A DNA stretch of 64,000 bases. Source: an uncultured Gammaproteobacteria bacterium (GTDB taxonomy: Bacteria; Patescibacteriota; Patescibacteriia; S139-126). The position numbers and the translations under genes are program-made. The stretch lies in the NCBI GenBank assembly GCA_964620905.1, contig CAZUKA010000002.1, forward strand, positions 25,496 to 89,495. The letters run 5' to 3'. Shown in pieces: positions 10,925-19,664 of this stretch; position 1 is the stretch's first letter; each line of letters starts with the position of its first letter. The notes below the pieces were generated by a model. The model made no database searches and was not told where the DNA came from. It saw only the letters and a list, made by a program, of their open reading frames with translations.

Positions 10925-11638
10925 ATGAAAAAGCATGAGACATCGGTCCTGACCGCTGGTCAGATGAAAGAGCTTTCCAGTGCTATATTGGAAGCAATCC
11001 CTGCCAATTTACCAACCAGTACTGCCCAGTACTGGATAGGCAACAAAAAAAAGTTGCAAAAAATTTTACGTGAAGCACTTGGCGTTCAACCTTTTTTTGA
11101 TTATCTTGCCGACTGGCAAGATTTCTACCGGGATGTGTTTAACCTGGAGTTTGATTTTTCTGAAATCTCTATTCCTGATAAAAAATCAGGTTTTGACAGA
11201 TTAATAATTGTTGCTCCCGGCATGACACCCCAAGTCTTATTCAATAAATGTTCCGAGTTGTTTTCAACTTGGAAATACACTGATAAATCTTTGGATGAGG
11301 TAATAACCTCTGACCGCACTTCTGCAAACGGCGCTTATGCCGTCTGGTTCCGCGATAGAGTGGAAGCAGATGAGGAGATGAAAAACATCTACGCCAATCA
11401 GCTTAAAAAGCAAAAAGTAATCAGCATTACCTTAGAAGAACGTCTCTTAATGGAACTTAAGTTCTATCAAGAGACTGGGAAACATTTAGATGTTTCCAAT
11501 ATTACTTTATGTGCAGGTTCTCGCCATGACGGCGGCAACGTCCCGGGCGTCGACTGGCTCGATAGTGAGCTCGAGGTCAGCTGGTATGACCCTGACAATC
11601 AGCACGACGATCTGCGTTGTCGTGTAGCAGTGGTCTAA
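10925..11638 (+). CDS. DGR target protein with C-terminal variable region (probable CLec-like fold)
   Basis: 39 codons at the C-terminus match the TR; ends LRCRVAVV; AAAGGA RBS; no signal peptide or TM. Confidence 0.93.
   Translation: MKKHETSVLTAGQMKELSSAILEAIPANLPTSTAQYWIGNKKKLQKILREALGVQPFFDYLADWQDFYRDVFNLEFDFSEISIPDKKSGFDRLIIVAPGMTPQVLFNKCSELFSTWKYTDKSLDEVITSDRTSANGAYAVWFRDRVEADEEMKNIYANQLKKQKVISITLEERLLMELKFYQETGKHLDVSNITLCAGSRHDGGNVPGVDWLDSELEVSWYDPDNQHDDLRCRVAVV
11515..11632 (+). repeat. DGR variable repeat (VR), 118 bp
   Basis: Ungapped match to 11900-12017 with 15 mismatches, all opposite TR adenines. Confidence 0.97.
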
Positions 11639-11658
11639 CTCTTTTCTTTTCTCTCTTT

Positions 11659-11684
11659 AACCCTTTCATAAAAATGAAAGGGTT
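11659..11684. promoter_or_regulatory. Post-VR hairpin/cruciform (DGR target-recognition element; may also terminate transcription)
   Basis: AACCCTTTCAT-AAAA-ATGAAAGGGTT perfect 11-bp stem, 20 bp after the target stop, behind a pyrimidine tract. Confidence 0.8.
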
Positions 11685-11899
11685 TTAATTTATGTAAAAA
11701 TATTTTATATTGTTTAAGGCTGTAAAATCGATTTCGCAGATGCGGGATAACGATTTGCCGTTTTTTTTAGACACTGCTTGTCTGTTTTTGATAAAGATGT
11801 ATAAGATACTACTTTATAAAAAAAGTCCGAACTCGCGTCGGTTAACTCAGATAACTTTGTTAAAGGTTGTCGGTGTAAGGGATGAAAACAGGCAAAATA

Positions 11900-12017
11900 A
11901 GGTTCTCGCAATGACGACGACAACGTCCCGAACGTCAACTGGAACGATAGTAAGCTCAAGGTCAACTGGTATAACCCTGACAATCAGAACGACAATCTGC
12001 GTTGTCGTGTAGAAGTG
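11900..12017 (+). ncRNA. DGR template repeat (TR), 118 bp
   Basis: AAC/AAT-rich copy of the VR with 37 adenines, between target and avd/RT. Confidence 0.96.
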
Positions 12018-12022
12018 TCTTT

Positions 12023-12051
12023 TAAACCCGCTCTTTATTGGAGCGGGTTTA
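12023..12051. terminator. Hairpin between TR and the convergent avd stop
   Basis: TAAACCCGCTC-TTTATTG-GAGCGGGTTTA. Confidence 0.75.
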
Positions 12052-12421
12052 TTTATAAAGAGATTTTATCCAACCATTAGTCATTTTTGACATTTCTTGC
12101 AAAATGGAGATTAATTCTAGATATTGTTTTTGGGAAATAATTGTTAGTTCTTGGCAAATTCTTAGTAATCGTTTTGTAATTTCAATATTAATTCGTGATT
12201 TTTCTAAAATATTAATCTTGGTTGATTTGTTTGACAGAGCGGCTTCAATCAGTAGAGTAATAATGTTTAAACATATGTTTTCAATTTTAAGAAAAATTCC
12301 CAACTTATCTTTTTTTGCTAGTCTGGATGAAATTTGGTATATTTTTTTATATAATTCAAAACTTCTATGTACCAACGGCACATTTTGCAAAAACTCGTCG
12401 GGGGGGGGGATTAAAGGACAT
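12049..12421 (-). CDS. avd: Avd-like accessory protein (four-helix bundle); ATG 12421 is in frame only if the G/C tract is 9 nt, otherwise TTG 12390
   Basis: About 120 aa basic helical protein (P..HRSFELYK...LG..IE...LLR......I....Y......L.E..KM..GW) adjacent to TR and RT. Confidence 0.85.
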
Positions 12422-13432
12422 AATTTATTTGAGCAAATTATTAGTTTAGATAATTTGTTTTGCGCCTGGCGCGAGTTTCAGTGCGGAAAAATGAAAAAAC
12501 CCGATGTGCGTGAGTTTGCTTTTGCTTTGGAAGATAATATTTTTTCCTTGCACGACGAATTAAAAAATAAAACTTACCGACACTCTCATTATACTTCATT
12601 TTATGTATCTGACCCAAAGCTAAGGCATATTCATAAGGCCTGTGTCAGGGACAGGGTATTGCACCATGCGATATTTAGAGTTTTATATCCTGTGTTTGAT
12701 AAGTCATTTATTTTTGATTCTTATTCCTGTCGGTTAAAAAAAGGCACGCACAGGGCAGTTGATAGGTTAGAGAGATTTTGCCTTATGGTCAGTCAGAATA
12801 ATAATTACAACTTTTACTATCTAAAATGTGATATTAAGAAATTTTTTGTTTCGGTTGATCAGGAGATTTTAGTTTGTCTTATCAAGAAAAAAATTGTTGA
12901 TCCAGACGCACTCTGGTTGATACAAGAAATTACTAATAGTTTTCAGACTAGCAATAACAAAGGATTACCGTTGGGTAATGTCACTAGCCAGCTTTTAGCT
13001 AACATTTATTTAAACAAACTTGATCAGTTTATAAAACATCAGCTAAAGGCTAAATATTATCTCAGATATTGCGATGATTTTTTGCTATTATCACCTGATA
13101 AAAATTTATTGGTTGATTATGTCGGGTTGATTGATGATTTTTTACAGAACCATTTAAAACTCAATCTCCATCCTGACAAAATAATCATAAAAAAATACAA
13201 CCAGGGAATTGACTGGTTGGGCTATGTGGTTTTGCCGCATTACCGGCTACTGCGCACCAAAACCAGGCACAGGATTATTGAGCGGATTAAGAATAAACAA
13301 AGAGATTTTAAGTCAGGAGTTGTCAGTCAAGAGCATTTTTGCCAGTCAGTCCAGTCGTATCTGGGAGTGCTTGAGCATTGTTCCGGGTATAAAATAGAGC
13401 GAGAGATGCTGCGCCTTGTGAGTAATGATTAG
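12367..13432 (+). CDS. DGR reverse transcriptase; ATG 12367 is frameshifted by the G10 tract as assembled
   Basis: RDRVLHHA, KGTHRA, KCDIKKFF, GLPLGNVTSQLLANIYL, RYCDDF and GIDWLGY motifs; no maturase or endonuclease domain. Confidence 0.95.
12400..12409. repeat. G10 homopolymer inside the RT/avd head-to-head overlap
   Basis: GTC-GGGGGGGGGG-ATTAAAGGACAT. Confidence 0.95.
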
Positions 13433-13503
13433 ATTTTATTGACAAGGTTGGTATTTTTTATTAAACTTGGAAAAATATTTGTACCTAAAAAAATGGAGAG
13501 AAA

Positions 13504-13806
13504 ATGAACAATTTAGAAAAATTGATTTTTAAGATCAATCAACAGCAGACGGTTTTTAAAATAGAGCATGAACAAATAACCAATAGTCTTATATTGACTA
13601 TTAGTGTTAATAAAACCGACAAAGAAGATTTAAAAAAATTACTCAAAAAAATAAGAAAGAATTACCAGTGTGAAAATCTCACCGGCACAAATGAGCCAAC
13701 CTCACCTGTTTTTGGTCAAAATACCAATCTAGCTATTTACAGTTTAATTTTTCATTCGCAAAAAGAAATAGAAAAAGTCATTAAATTTATCGGGACTCAT
13801 TGTTGA
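13504..13806 (+). CDS. Hypothetical protein
   Basis: 100-aa ORF with GGAG RBS and upstream TTGACA-17-TAAACT. Confidence 0.6.
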   Translation: MNNLEKLIFKINQQQTVFKIEHEQITNSLILTISVNKTDKEDLKKLLKKIRKNYQCENLTGTNEPTSPVFGQNTNLAIYSLIFHSQKEIEKVIKFIGTHC

Positions 13807-13897
13807 GTCCCGTTTCGATGTGTTGGAAATAAAATAAAAAAGACACTATATTACTGTCTTACATAGTGTTGTTTTTTTTCCGACTTAGTTTTTTATT

Positions 13898-14653
13898 TTA
13901 TCTATCAAACCCAATAATAGAAGCAAATCTTCCTTGATCTTTTAAACCAGCTTTTTTATCACGATAGTGAGAAAAAAATTTTTTATCATGGCCGGTACAA
14001 ATATTACTTGTGAATAAATTCTGTGGTTGAATTCCGGATGCTAATAATTGTTTGGTAATATATTTTATATTATCAATATGATATAAACCTGATTGATCTT
14101 GCTTTAAATAAGGTTGCCAGTTTTCCTTTGTTAAAACTTCATGATCAGGGTAAGCATAACAACAATCATGTAGGGCCGGACCAATACCAATTAGTAGATT
14201 CATCGGATCAGAATGAAAATTATTTTTGAACGCATCAATAACTTTGATAGGTAAAGCAAGGTCGGTATTACGCCAACCGCAATGAGCTAAGCCCACTGCT
14301 TTATAAATTGGATCAAATATTAATAGCGAAGCACAGTCGGCAACGATATGAAATATAAATAAATTTGGTTGATTGGTAATTAGGGCGTCAGCTTTAAGTT
14401 TATAGTCATTATTTAAAATACTACCATCAGCTTCATTGGTAGTTACAATTAAAATTTTATCATTGTGTTCAAGTTGTGTTGTTACAACTTGCGAGGGTTT
14501 AATATTATACAATTTTAGAAAATTGATCCGATTATTCTGTACAGTCCTGGTCTTACCCCAGCGGAAAGACATATTACCTTCATTGACTGTTGAAAAGGCA
14601 TGAATAAATTTAGTCAGTTTATTCAATTCTTTTATTTGGTAAAGCATAATCAA
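13898..14653 (-). CDS. pgeF: YfiH/PgeF family (purine nucleoside phosphorylase/laccase-like)
   Basis: ADALIT, ADCA, AHCGWR, IGP...CCY, CT...FFSH and GRF motifs. Confidence 0.9.
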   Translation of the reverse strand: MIMLYQIKELNKLTKFIHAFSTVNEGNMSFRWGKTRTVQNNRINFLKLYNIKPSQVVTTQLEHNDKILIVTTNEADGSILNNDYKLKADALITNQPNLFIFHIVADCASLLIFDPIYKAVGLAHCGWRNTDLALPIKVIDAFKNNFHSDPMNLLIGIGPALHDCCYAYPDHEVLTKENWQPYLKQDQSGLYHIDNIKYITKQLLASGIQPQNLFTSNICTGHDKKFFSHYRDKKAGLKDQGRFASIIGFDR

Positions 14654-15714
14654 ACACTAAATCGAAAATGCATCACATCCCCGTCTTGTACCACATAGTC
14701 CTTGCCTTCCAGTCGTAGTTTGCCAGCTTCACGTGCTCCCAATTCACCCTGGTAAACAACAAAATCATTATAAGAAATAGTTTCTGCTCTGATAAAACCG
14801 TGCTCAAAGTCTGTATGAATTACTCCCGCTGCTTGGGGGGCTTTGGTGCCAGCCGTTACTGTCCAAGCGCGGGATTCTTTGGGACCAGAGGTAAAATAAG
14901 TGATTAAGTTTAGAATTTGATAACTAGCATTAATCAATTTATCAAGTCCGGTTTCTTTAATACCACTGTCTGCTAAATATTTTCTCATTTCTTCATCAGT
15001 TAATTCAGTCAGATCAGCCTCCAGTTTGGCACAAATTTTTATGGTATTGGGTGGTAAGTTTATTTCCTTACTTATATCCTCTTCGGAAACATTGTAAACA
15101 TAAAGCAGGGGTTTATTGGTCAAGAGATTTAATGATTTAATCATTTTTTTTTCTTCTTCAGAAAATTCTAGGGAACTCACCCAGCGACCCTGTTCTAAAG
15201 ATAATTTTATTTTTTCAAGCAATATTTTTTCTTGATCAAGCAACTTATCGTGAGGCCCTTTCAATTGGGAAATAGTTTTATCTAGACGTTTGTTAACTGT
15301 TTCTAGATCAGCGAAGACCAGTTCCAAATTGATAGTCTCTTTGTCAGCTTCTGGATCAATTTTACCATTTACATGAATAATATTTGAGTCAGAAAAATTT
15401 CTCACTACTTCTACGATCGCATCAACTTCTCTGATATGAGATAAGAATTTATTGCCCAAACCCTCACCTTTGTGAGCGTCTTTAACTAAACCAGCAATAT
15501 CCACAAATTCAATTATGGTCGGTATGGTTTTTTGTGACTTAGAAATTTCAGTTAATTTGTTTAAACGTTGATCAGGAACTTCTACTACGCCGACATTGGG
15601 GTCAATTGTACAGAAAGGATAATTTTGCGCATCAGCTTGGTTTCTGGTCAAGGCGTTAAACAAGGTTGATTTGCCGACATTAGGTAGGCCGACAATTCCG
15701 ATTTGGAAGGACAT
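14650..15714 (-). CDS. ychF: Redox-regulated ATPase YchF
   Basis: GIVGLPNVGKSTLFN, NYPFCTIDPN and APQAAGVIHTDF motifs. Confidence 0.98.
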   Translation of the reverse strand: MSFQIGIVGLPNVGKSTLFNALTRNQADAQNYPFCTIDPNVGVVEVPDQRLNKLTEISKSQKTIPTIIEFVDIAGLVKDAHKGEGLGNKFLSHIREVDAIVEVVRNFSDSNIIHVNGKIDPEADKETINLELVFADLETVNKRLDKTISQLKGPHDKLLDQEKILLEKIKLSLEQGRWVSSLEFSEEEKKMIKSLNLLTNKPLLYVYNVSEEDISKEINLPPNTIKICAKLEADLTELTDEEMRKYLADSGIKETGLDKLINASYQILNLITYFTSGPKESRAWTVTAGTKAPQAAGVIHTDFEHGFIRAETISYNDFVVYQGELGAREAGKLRLEGKDYVVQDGDVMHFRFSV

Positions 15715-15998
15715 ATTGATGGGCTAATGAATTATAAATTTTAAATTTTAAATTATAAATCAATTTTTAAATTTTTAATTTTATAAATAAATCCAAATTT
15801 TTAAACGTTTAAAAATTATTTAAAAATTCAAAAATTACAAAATTAAAAATTAATAACCGAGTCCAAGTAGGTAATTGTGTGGTTAGTATCGCCCGGTAGT
15901 CCCGGTAATTCATATTTCCATTCGGAGGTAATTGTAGCGGCAAATATATTATCAGTCAATTGGCTAGTAAATAATATTTACTATGCTAAAATTATTAT

Positions 15999-16334
15999 AT
16001 GTCAAAATATTTTTATATTTTTATAGTTGTATTGATGAGTGCGTTTGGTGTCTGGGGAGACTATTTTATAAAACTTTCCGGCAATACTCAGAAATATATT
16101 TTGGTCAAATGGTTTATTATAGGTTTGCTGATCTATTCATTTTCAGCATTTGGATGGTTTTTTGTCATGAAACATATCAAATTGTCTACCTTGGGAGTTT
16201 ACTACGCTTTAACCACAGTTATTTTGTTGGTAGGGGTTGGCGTGGTTGTATTTAAAGAAACGCTAAACGTATTTGAAGTTATTGGCGTATTGTTAGCGGT
16301 AGCTTCGTTGATACTTTTGGCTCGTTTTACCTGA
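15999..16334 (+). CDS. Small DMT/SMR-like transporter
   Basis: 111 aa with four TM helices and G..vFKE motif. Confidence 0.75.
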   Translation: MSKYFYIFIVVLMSAFGVWGDYFIKLSGNTQKYILVKWFIIGLLIYSFSAFGWFFVMKHIKLSTLGVYYALTTVILLVGVGVVVFKETLNVFEVIGVLLAVASLILLARFT

Positions 16335-16395
16335 GTAAGTTATTTGTTTATTGTTCAATAAATTGTTATAATTAATCTCGCTATTAATCAAATTT

Positions 16396-16644
16396 ATGAT
16401 CACCAAAGAATTTTTCAATCATCTGACCAAAACGATTGACGCGGTATTTTGGGGATTGTTTTTGCAAGGTGTTACTTTATTTTTACTGGCACTGCTTATA
16501 TTTATTTTTCCTAAAGCTTTGATAGTCTTGGCAGTAGTATTTTTCTTGTGGTTGTCATTTATATCATTGTTACTGGCATATCGGGTCTGGAGTTCAAAAA
16601 AGAAATATCATAAGTATTGGCGTTGGTTGGAAGACAAAAAATGA
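16396..16644 (+). CDS. Small membrane protein
   Basis: Two TM helices; operon-like spacing. Confidence 0.6.
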   Translation: MITKEFFNHLTKTIDAVFWGLFLQGVTLFLLALLIFIFPKALIVLAVVFFLWLSFISLLLAYRVWSSKKKYHKYWRWLEDKK

Positions 16645-16645
16645 T

Positions 16646-17428
16646 ATGGGTAAAAAAATAGTTTTTGATTTGGAAACAAAAAAAACTTTTGAGGAAGTCG
16701 GTGGGCACCAAAATGCCCATCTTTTAGGTATGTCGGTCTGTGGAGTGTATGATTATGAGTCAGGCAAGTACCGGGCATATAGAGAATCAAATATTAAAGA
16801 ATTGGAAGATTTATTTAGACAAGCGGAGTTGTTGATCGGATTTAATTCCAAACATTTTGACAATACGGTTTTACAACCTTATTTTAATTTTGATTTAAAA
16901 ATTTTGCCGCATTTGGATATTTTGGAAGAAGTAGTCAAAAAATTGGGTTTTCGTATTCGTTTGGAAAGCTTAGCACAGAGTACTTTGCTGTCCGGTAAAT
17001 CTGGTAGTGGATTGGATGCTATCAATTATTATCGCAGCAACAATTGGGATAAGTTGATAAAATATTGTTTGGATGATGTACGGGTTACTAAAAATTTGTA
17101 CGAATACGGTCAAAGACACGGTCGGCTCTGGTATTCGTCCAGCGGTAAATTGGTACCGTTTGTTGCTTCCTGGGGAGAATCACCCACAATTGTTGATATA
17201 TTAAAAAACGCTCTTCGTAAACACGAGCAGGTGGAAGTTGAATATTTACATCCAGTTGAAAATAACGTCCATCAACTTACCAAGCAACTTGATTTACGAG
17301 AAGTTGATCAGGAAAAAATAAAAGCTTATGATATAACTGACAAAATAGAAAGAGTTTTTGTTGTTGCCAGAGTTTTGTCAGTAAAAGTTGTTGGGGAAAT
17401 GTCATCCTTTCAGCCCTCGCTGTTTTAA
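16646..17428 (+). CDS. YprB-like RNase H-fold exonuclease with C-terminal WYL-like domain
   Basis: VFDLET, IGFNSKHFD, HLDIL and YCLDDV; C-terminal V.VEY...IKAY....ER.F...RV pattern. Confidence 0.78.
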   Translation: MGKKIVFDLETKKTFEEVGGHQNAHLLGMSVCGVYDYESGKYRAYRESNIKELEDLFRQAELLIGFNSKHFDNTVLQPYFNFDLKILPHLDILEEVVKKLGFRIRLESLAQSTLLSGKSGSGLDAINYYRSNNWDKLIKYCLDDVRVTKNLYEYGQRHGRLWYSSSGKLVPFVASWGESPTIVDILKNALRKHEQVEVEYLHPVENNVHQLTKQLDLREVDQEKIKAYDITDKIERVFVVARVLSVKVVGEMSSFQPSLF

Positions 17429-17454
17429 TTTTATTTTTTTGTTATGATTAGAAT

Positions 17455-18534
17455 ATGAAAACTATTGGTATTATTTGTGGCGGTCGCAGCACTGAACACG
17501 AAATTTCTCTGCAATCAGCCAAAAACATATTGCAAGCACTTCCAGCTGATAAATATCAGGCGGTGCTTTTAGGTATAGATAAAATGGGCAATTGGCGACT
17601 TTATGATAGTCAGACCGCATTTATCAATACCGATGATCACAAAGCCATAGCTTTATCCGATCAAGGCATAAATATTGCTCTCAGTCAGGGTGGAGAGATA
17701 ATTGGTTTAGTTGATGGTCAAATAATAAATCAGTTGGATGTGGTTTTTCCGGTAGTCCATGGTACTGGCGGAGAAGATGGAACTCTACAAGGATTATTGC
17801 AAATGTTGGATATACCTTATGTTGGTCCAGGAGTTTTGTCATCAGCTGTTTGCATGGATAAAGATTTTGCCAAAAAAATTTTGGTAGGCAATAATTTGCC
17901 AGTAGTGCCCTATCGGGTGTATTTTACCACAGCAACTGCAATTGCTGATTTTGAAATATTGGTCAAAGATTTATCCTTACCTTTTTTTGTTAAACCTTCT
18001 GCTCAAGGATCATCTGTTGGTATTCATAAGGTTAGTGATTTTAAAGATTTTCAAACAGCTATCAAAGACGCTTTTCAGTTTGATAGCAAAATTTTGGTAG
18101 AGAAGTTTATTCGCGGACGAGAGGTAGAATGTTCTGTGTTGGGTAATGATCAACCCCGAGCATCACTTCCCGGGGAGATTATACCGCAACATGAGTTTTA
18201 TTCTTATGAAGCAAAATATCTTGATGATCAAGGCGCAGTTTTGGTTGCGCCGGCGCAACTGACCGATATTCAAGTTAAAAAAATTCAAGATTTGGCCGTA
18301 AAAACATTTTTGGCATTGGCGTGCGAGGGCATGGCGCGAGTTGATTTTTTCTTGACGGAAACTGAGATTTTTATCAACGAAATAAATACTATTCCGGGTT
18401 TTACTAAAATCAGTATGTATCCAAGATTGTGGCAGGTGAGCGGTCTGTCTTATAGCGATTTAATCCATGAGTTAATTCAGTTGGCAGTCCAGCGACAACA
18501 AGCTCAGAAAAAAATTAAAACTTCTTATGTTTAA
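17455..18534 (+). CDS. ddl: D-alanine--D-alanine ligase
   Basis: GGRSTEHEIS, HGTGGEDG, GSSVG, YEAKY and NEINTIPGFT motifs. Confidence 0.98.
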   Translation: MKTIGIICGGRSTEHEISLQSAKNILQALPADKYQAVLLGIDKMGNWRLYDSQTAFINTDDHKAIALSDQGINIALSQGGEIIGLVDGQIINQLDVVFPVVHGTGGEDGTLQGLLQMLDIPYVGPGVLSSAVCMDKDFAKKILVGNNLPVVPYRVYFTTATAIADFEILVKDLSLPFFVKPSAQGSSVGIHKVSDFKDFQTAIKDAFQFDSKILVEKFIRGREVECSVLGNDQPRASLPGEIIPQHEFYSYEAKYLDDQGAVLVAPAQLTDIQVKKIQDLAVKTFLALACEGMARVDFFLTETEIFINEINTIPGFTKISMYPRLWQVSGLSYSDLIHELIQLAVQRQQAQKKIKTSYV

Positions 18535-19027
18535 TCACGCTTTCAATAAACAACAAAAATTTTTTTTGTTTTTTTTGCGAATATTTTTAGGTTTTATTTT
18601 TTTGTGGGCTTTTTTGGATAAAACTTTTGGCCTGGGTTTATCTACGCCAAAAAATCGTGCCTGGATTAGTGGCGGTTCTCCGACCGCCGGGTATCTGGGC
18701 AATTTACAAGGCTCACTAGCTAATGTTTTTAGTAATATGTCAGAAAGTTCAGTGGTTGCTTGGCTGTTTATGCTCGGGCTTTTGGGGGTGGGACTGGCTT
18801 TGCTGTTGGGCATTGGTATGAAAATAGCAGCTGCCGCGGGCAGTCTGATGATGTTTTTTATTTATTTATCGCAACTACCACTCAAAACCAACCCCTTTAT
18901 TGATCAACATTTGATTTATATTTTAGTTTTATGGATCTTGTTATTTTTTCAGGCCGGTGATTGTTTTGGTTTGGCTAAATGGTGGTCAGAATTGAAATTT
19001 ATAAAGAAGAATAATTGGTTAAAATAA
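18527..19027 (+). CDS. DoxX family membrane protein
   Basis: LRIFLGFIFLWAFLDK.FG, W..GGSPT.GYL and NPFIDQH motifs. Confidence 0.85.
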   Translation: MFNHAFNKQQKFFLFFLRIFLGFIFLWAFLDKTFGLGLSTPKNRAWISGGSPTAGYLGNLQGSLANVFSNMSESSVVAWLFMLGLLGVGLALLLGIGMKIAAAAGSLMMFFIYLSQLPLKTNPFIDQHLIYILVLWILLFFQAGDCFGLAKWWSELKFIKKNNWLK

Positions 19028-19028
19028 T

Positions 19029-19622
19029 ATGGATCAATTGGAAAAAGATTTAATGTTTATTTATGAGATTGGTACTTTGCGACATATTAAAAGAGCTTGG
19101 GAACAATTTTTAGCCCCTGGCTTTGCTAATATCACTGAGCATATTTTTCGTGTCACTTGGTTAGCTTTGTTGATAGCTAAACACGAACAAACGGGCGATG
19201 AAAACAAAATTATAAAAATGAGTTTAGTACATGATTTGCCAGAAGTACGTTGTGGTGATAGTCATCATATTTCTCGTCGTTACACTAAACGTGATGAACA
19301 AAAAGCAGCTAATGATTTATTTAGTAGTTTATCCGGGGGTGACCAATGGCAGAAATTATATGATGAATATGAACTTAGACAATGTATTGAAGCAAAAATA
19401 GTTAAAGATGCTGATAATTTGGACGTTGATTTAGAAATTGCTGAGCAGGATGCTAAGGGCAATAGTTTTAGAGAATTATATAAAGATAATCGTGAAACTG
19501 TGGCGCGTGATTACTTTACTGATACAGCAAAAAATTTATATCGTTTGATTATTTCCTCCAACCCTCACCAATGGCAAAAATTTTCTCGTAGTCGTTTTAA
19601 TGATGGTGATTGGAAACAGTAA
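19029..19622 (+). CDS. HD-domain hydrolase (YfbR-like 5'-deoxynucleotidase)
   Basis: R..W...EH..R, HDLPE..GD and KDAD.LD motifs. Confidence 0.85.
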   Translation: MDQLEKDLMFIYEIGTLRHIKRAWEQFLAPGFANITEHIFRVTWLALLIAKHEQTGDENKIIKMSLVHDLPEVRCGDSHHISRRYTKRDEQKAANDLFSSLSGGDQWQKLYDEYELRQCIEAKIVKDADNLDVDLEIAEQDAKGNSFRELYKDNRETVARDYFTDTAKNLYRLIISSNPHQWQKFSRSRFNDGDWKQ

Positions 19623-19664
19623 AAGCAAAAGACAATTTTTAACTTATCAGACTGTTTTTTAGTT

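Larger units (their letters stand above)
10925..13432. mobile_element. Diversity-generating retroelement (target-VR, TR, avd, RT)
   Basis: VR/TR pair with adenine-only mismatches, Avd-like four-helix protein, DGR-type RT and post-VR hairpin. Confidence 0.97.

Noticed and set aside
11710-12012. ORFs 11710-12012 (+) and 11714-11983 (-) as proteins
   Set aside because: They overlap the TR and show the Thr/Ser-rich bias expected from off-frame AAC repeats
12104-12366. N-terminal ~90 aa of the 442-aa RT ORF as listed in the ORF track
   Set aside because: It is antisense to avd and has no RT-like sequence; it is joined to RT only in the G10 state, so it is probably not the real start, though not excluded
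12367-13432. Group II intron or retron RT
   Set aside because: Short RT with no maturase/endonuclease domain, and adjacent TR/VR and avd identify it as a DGR RT
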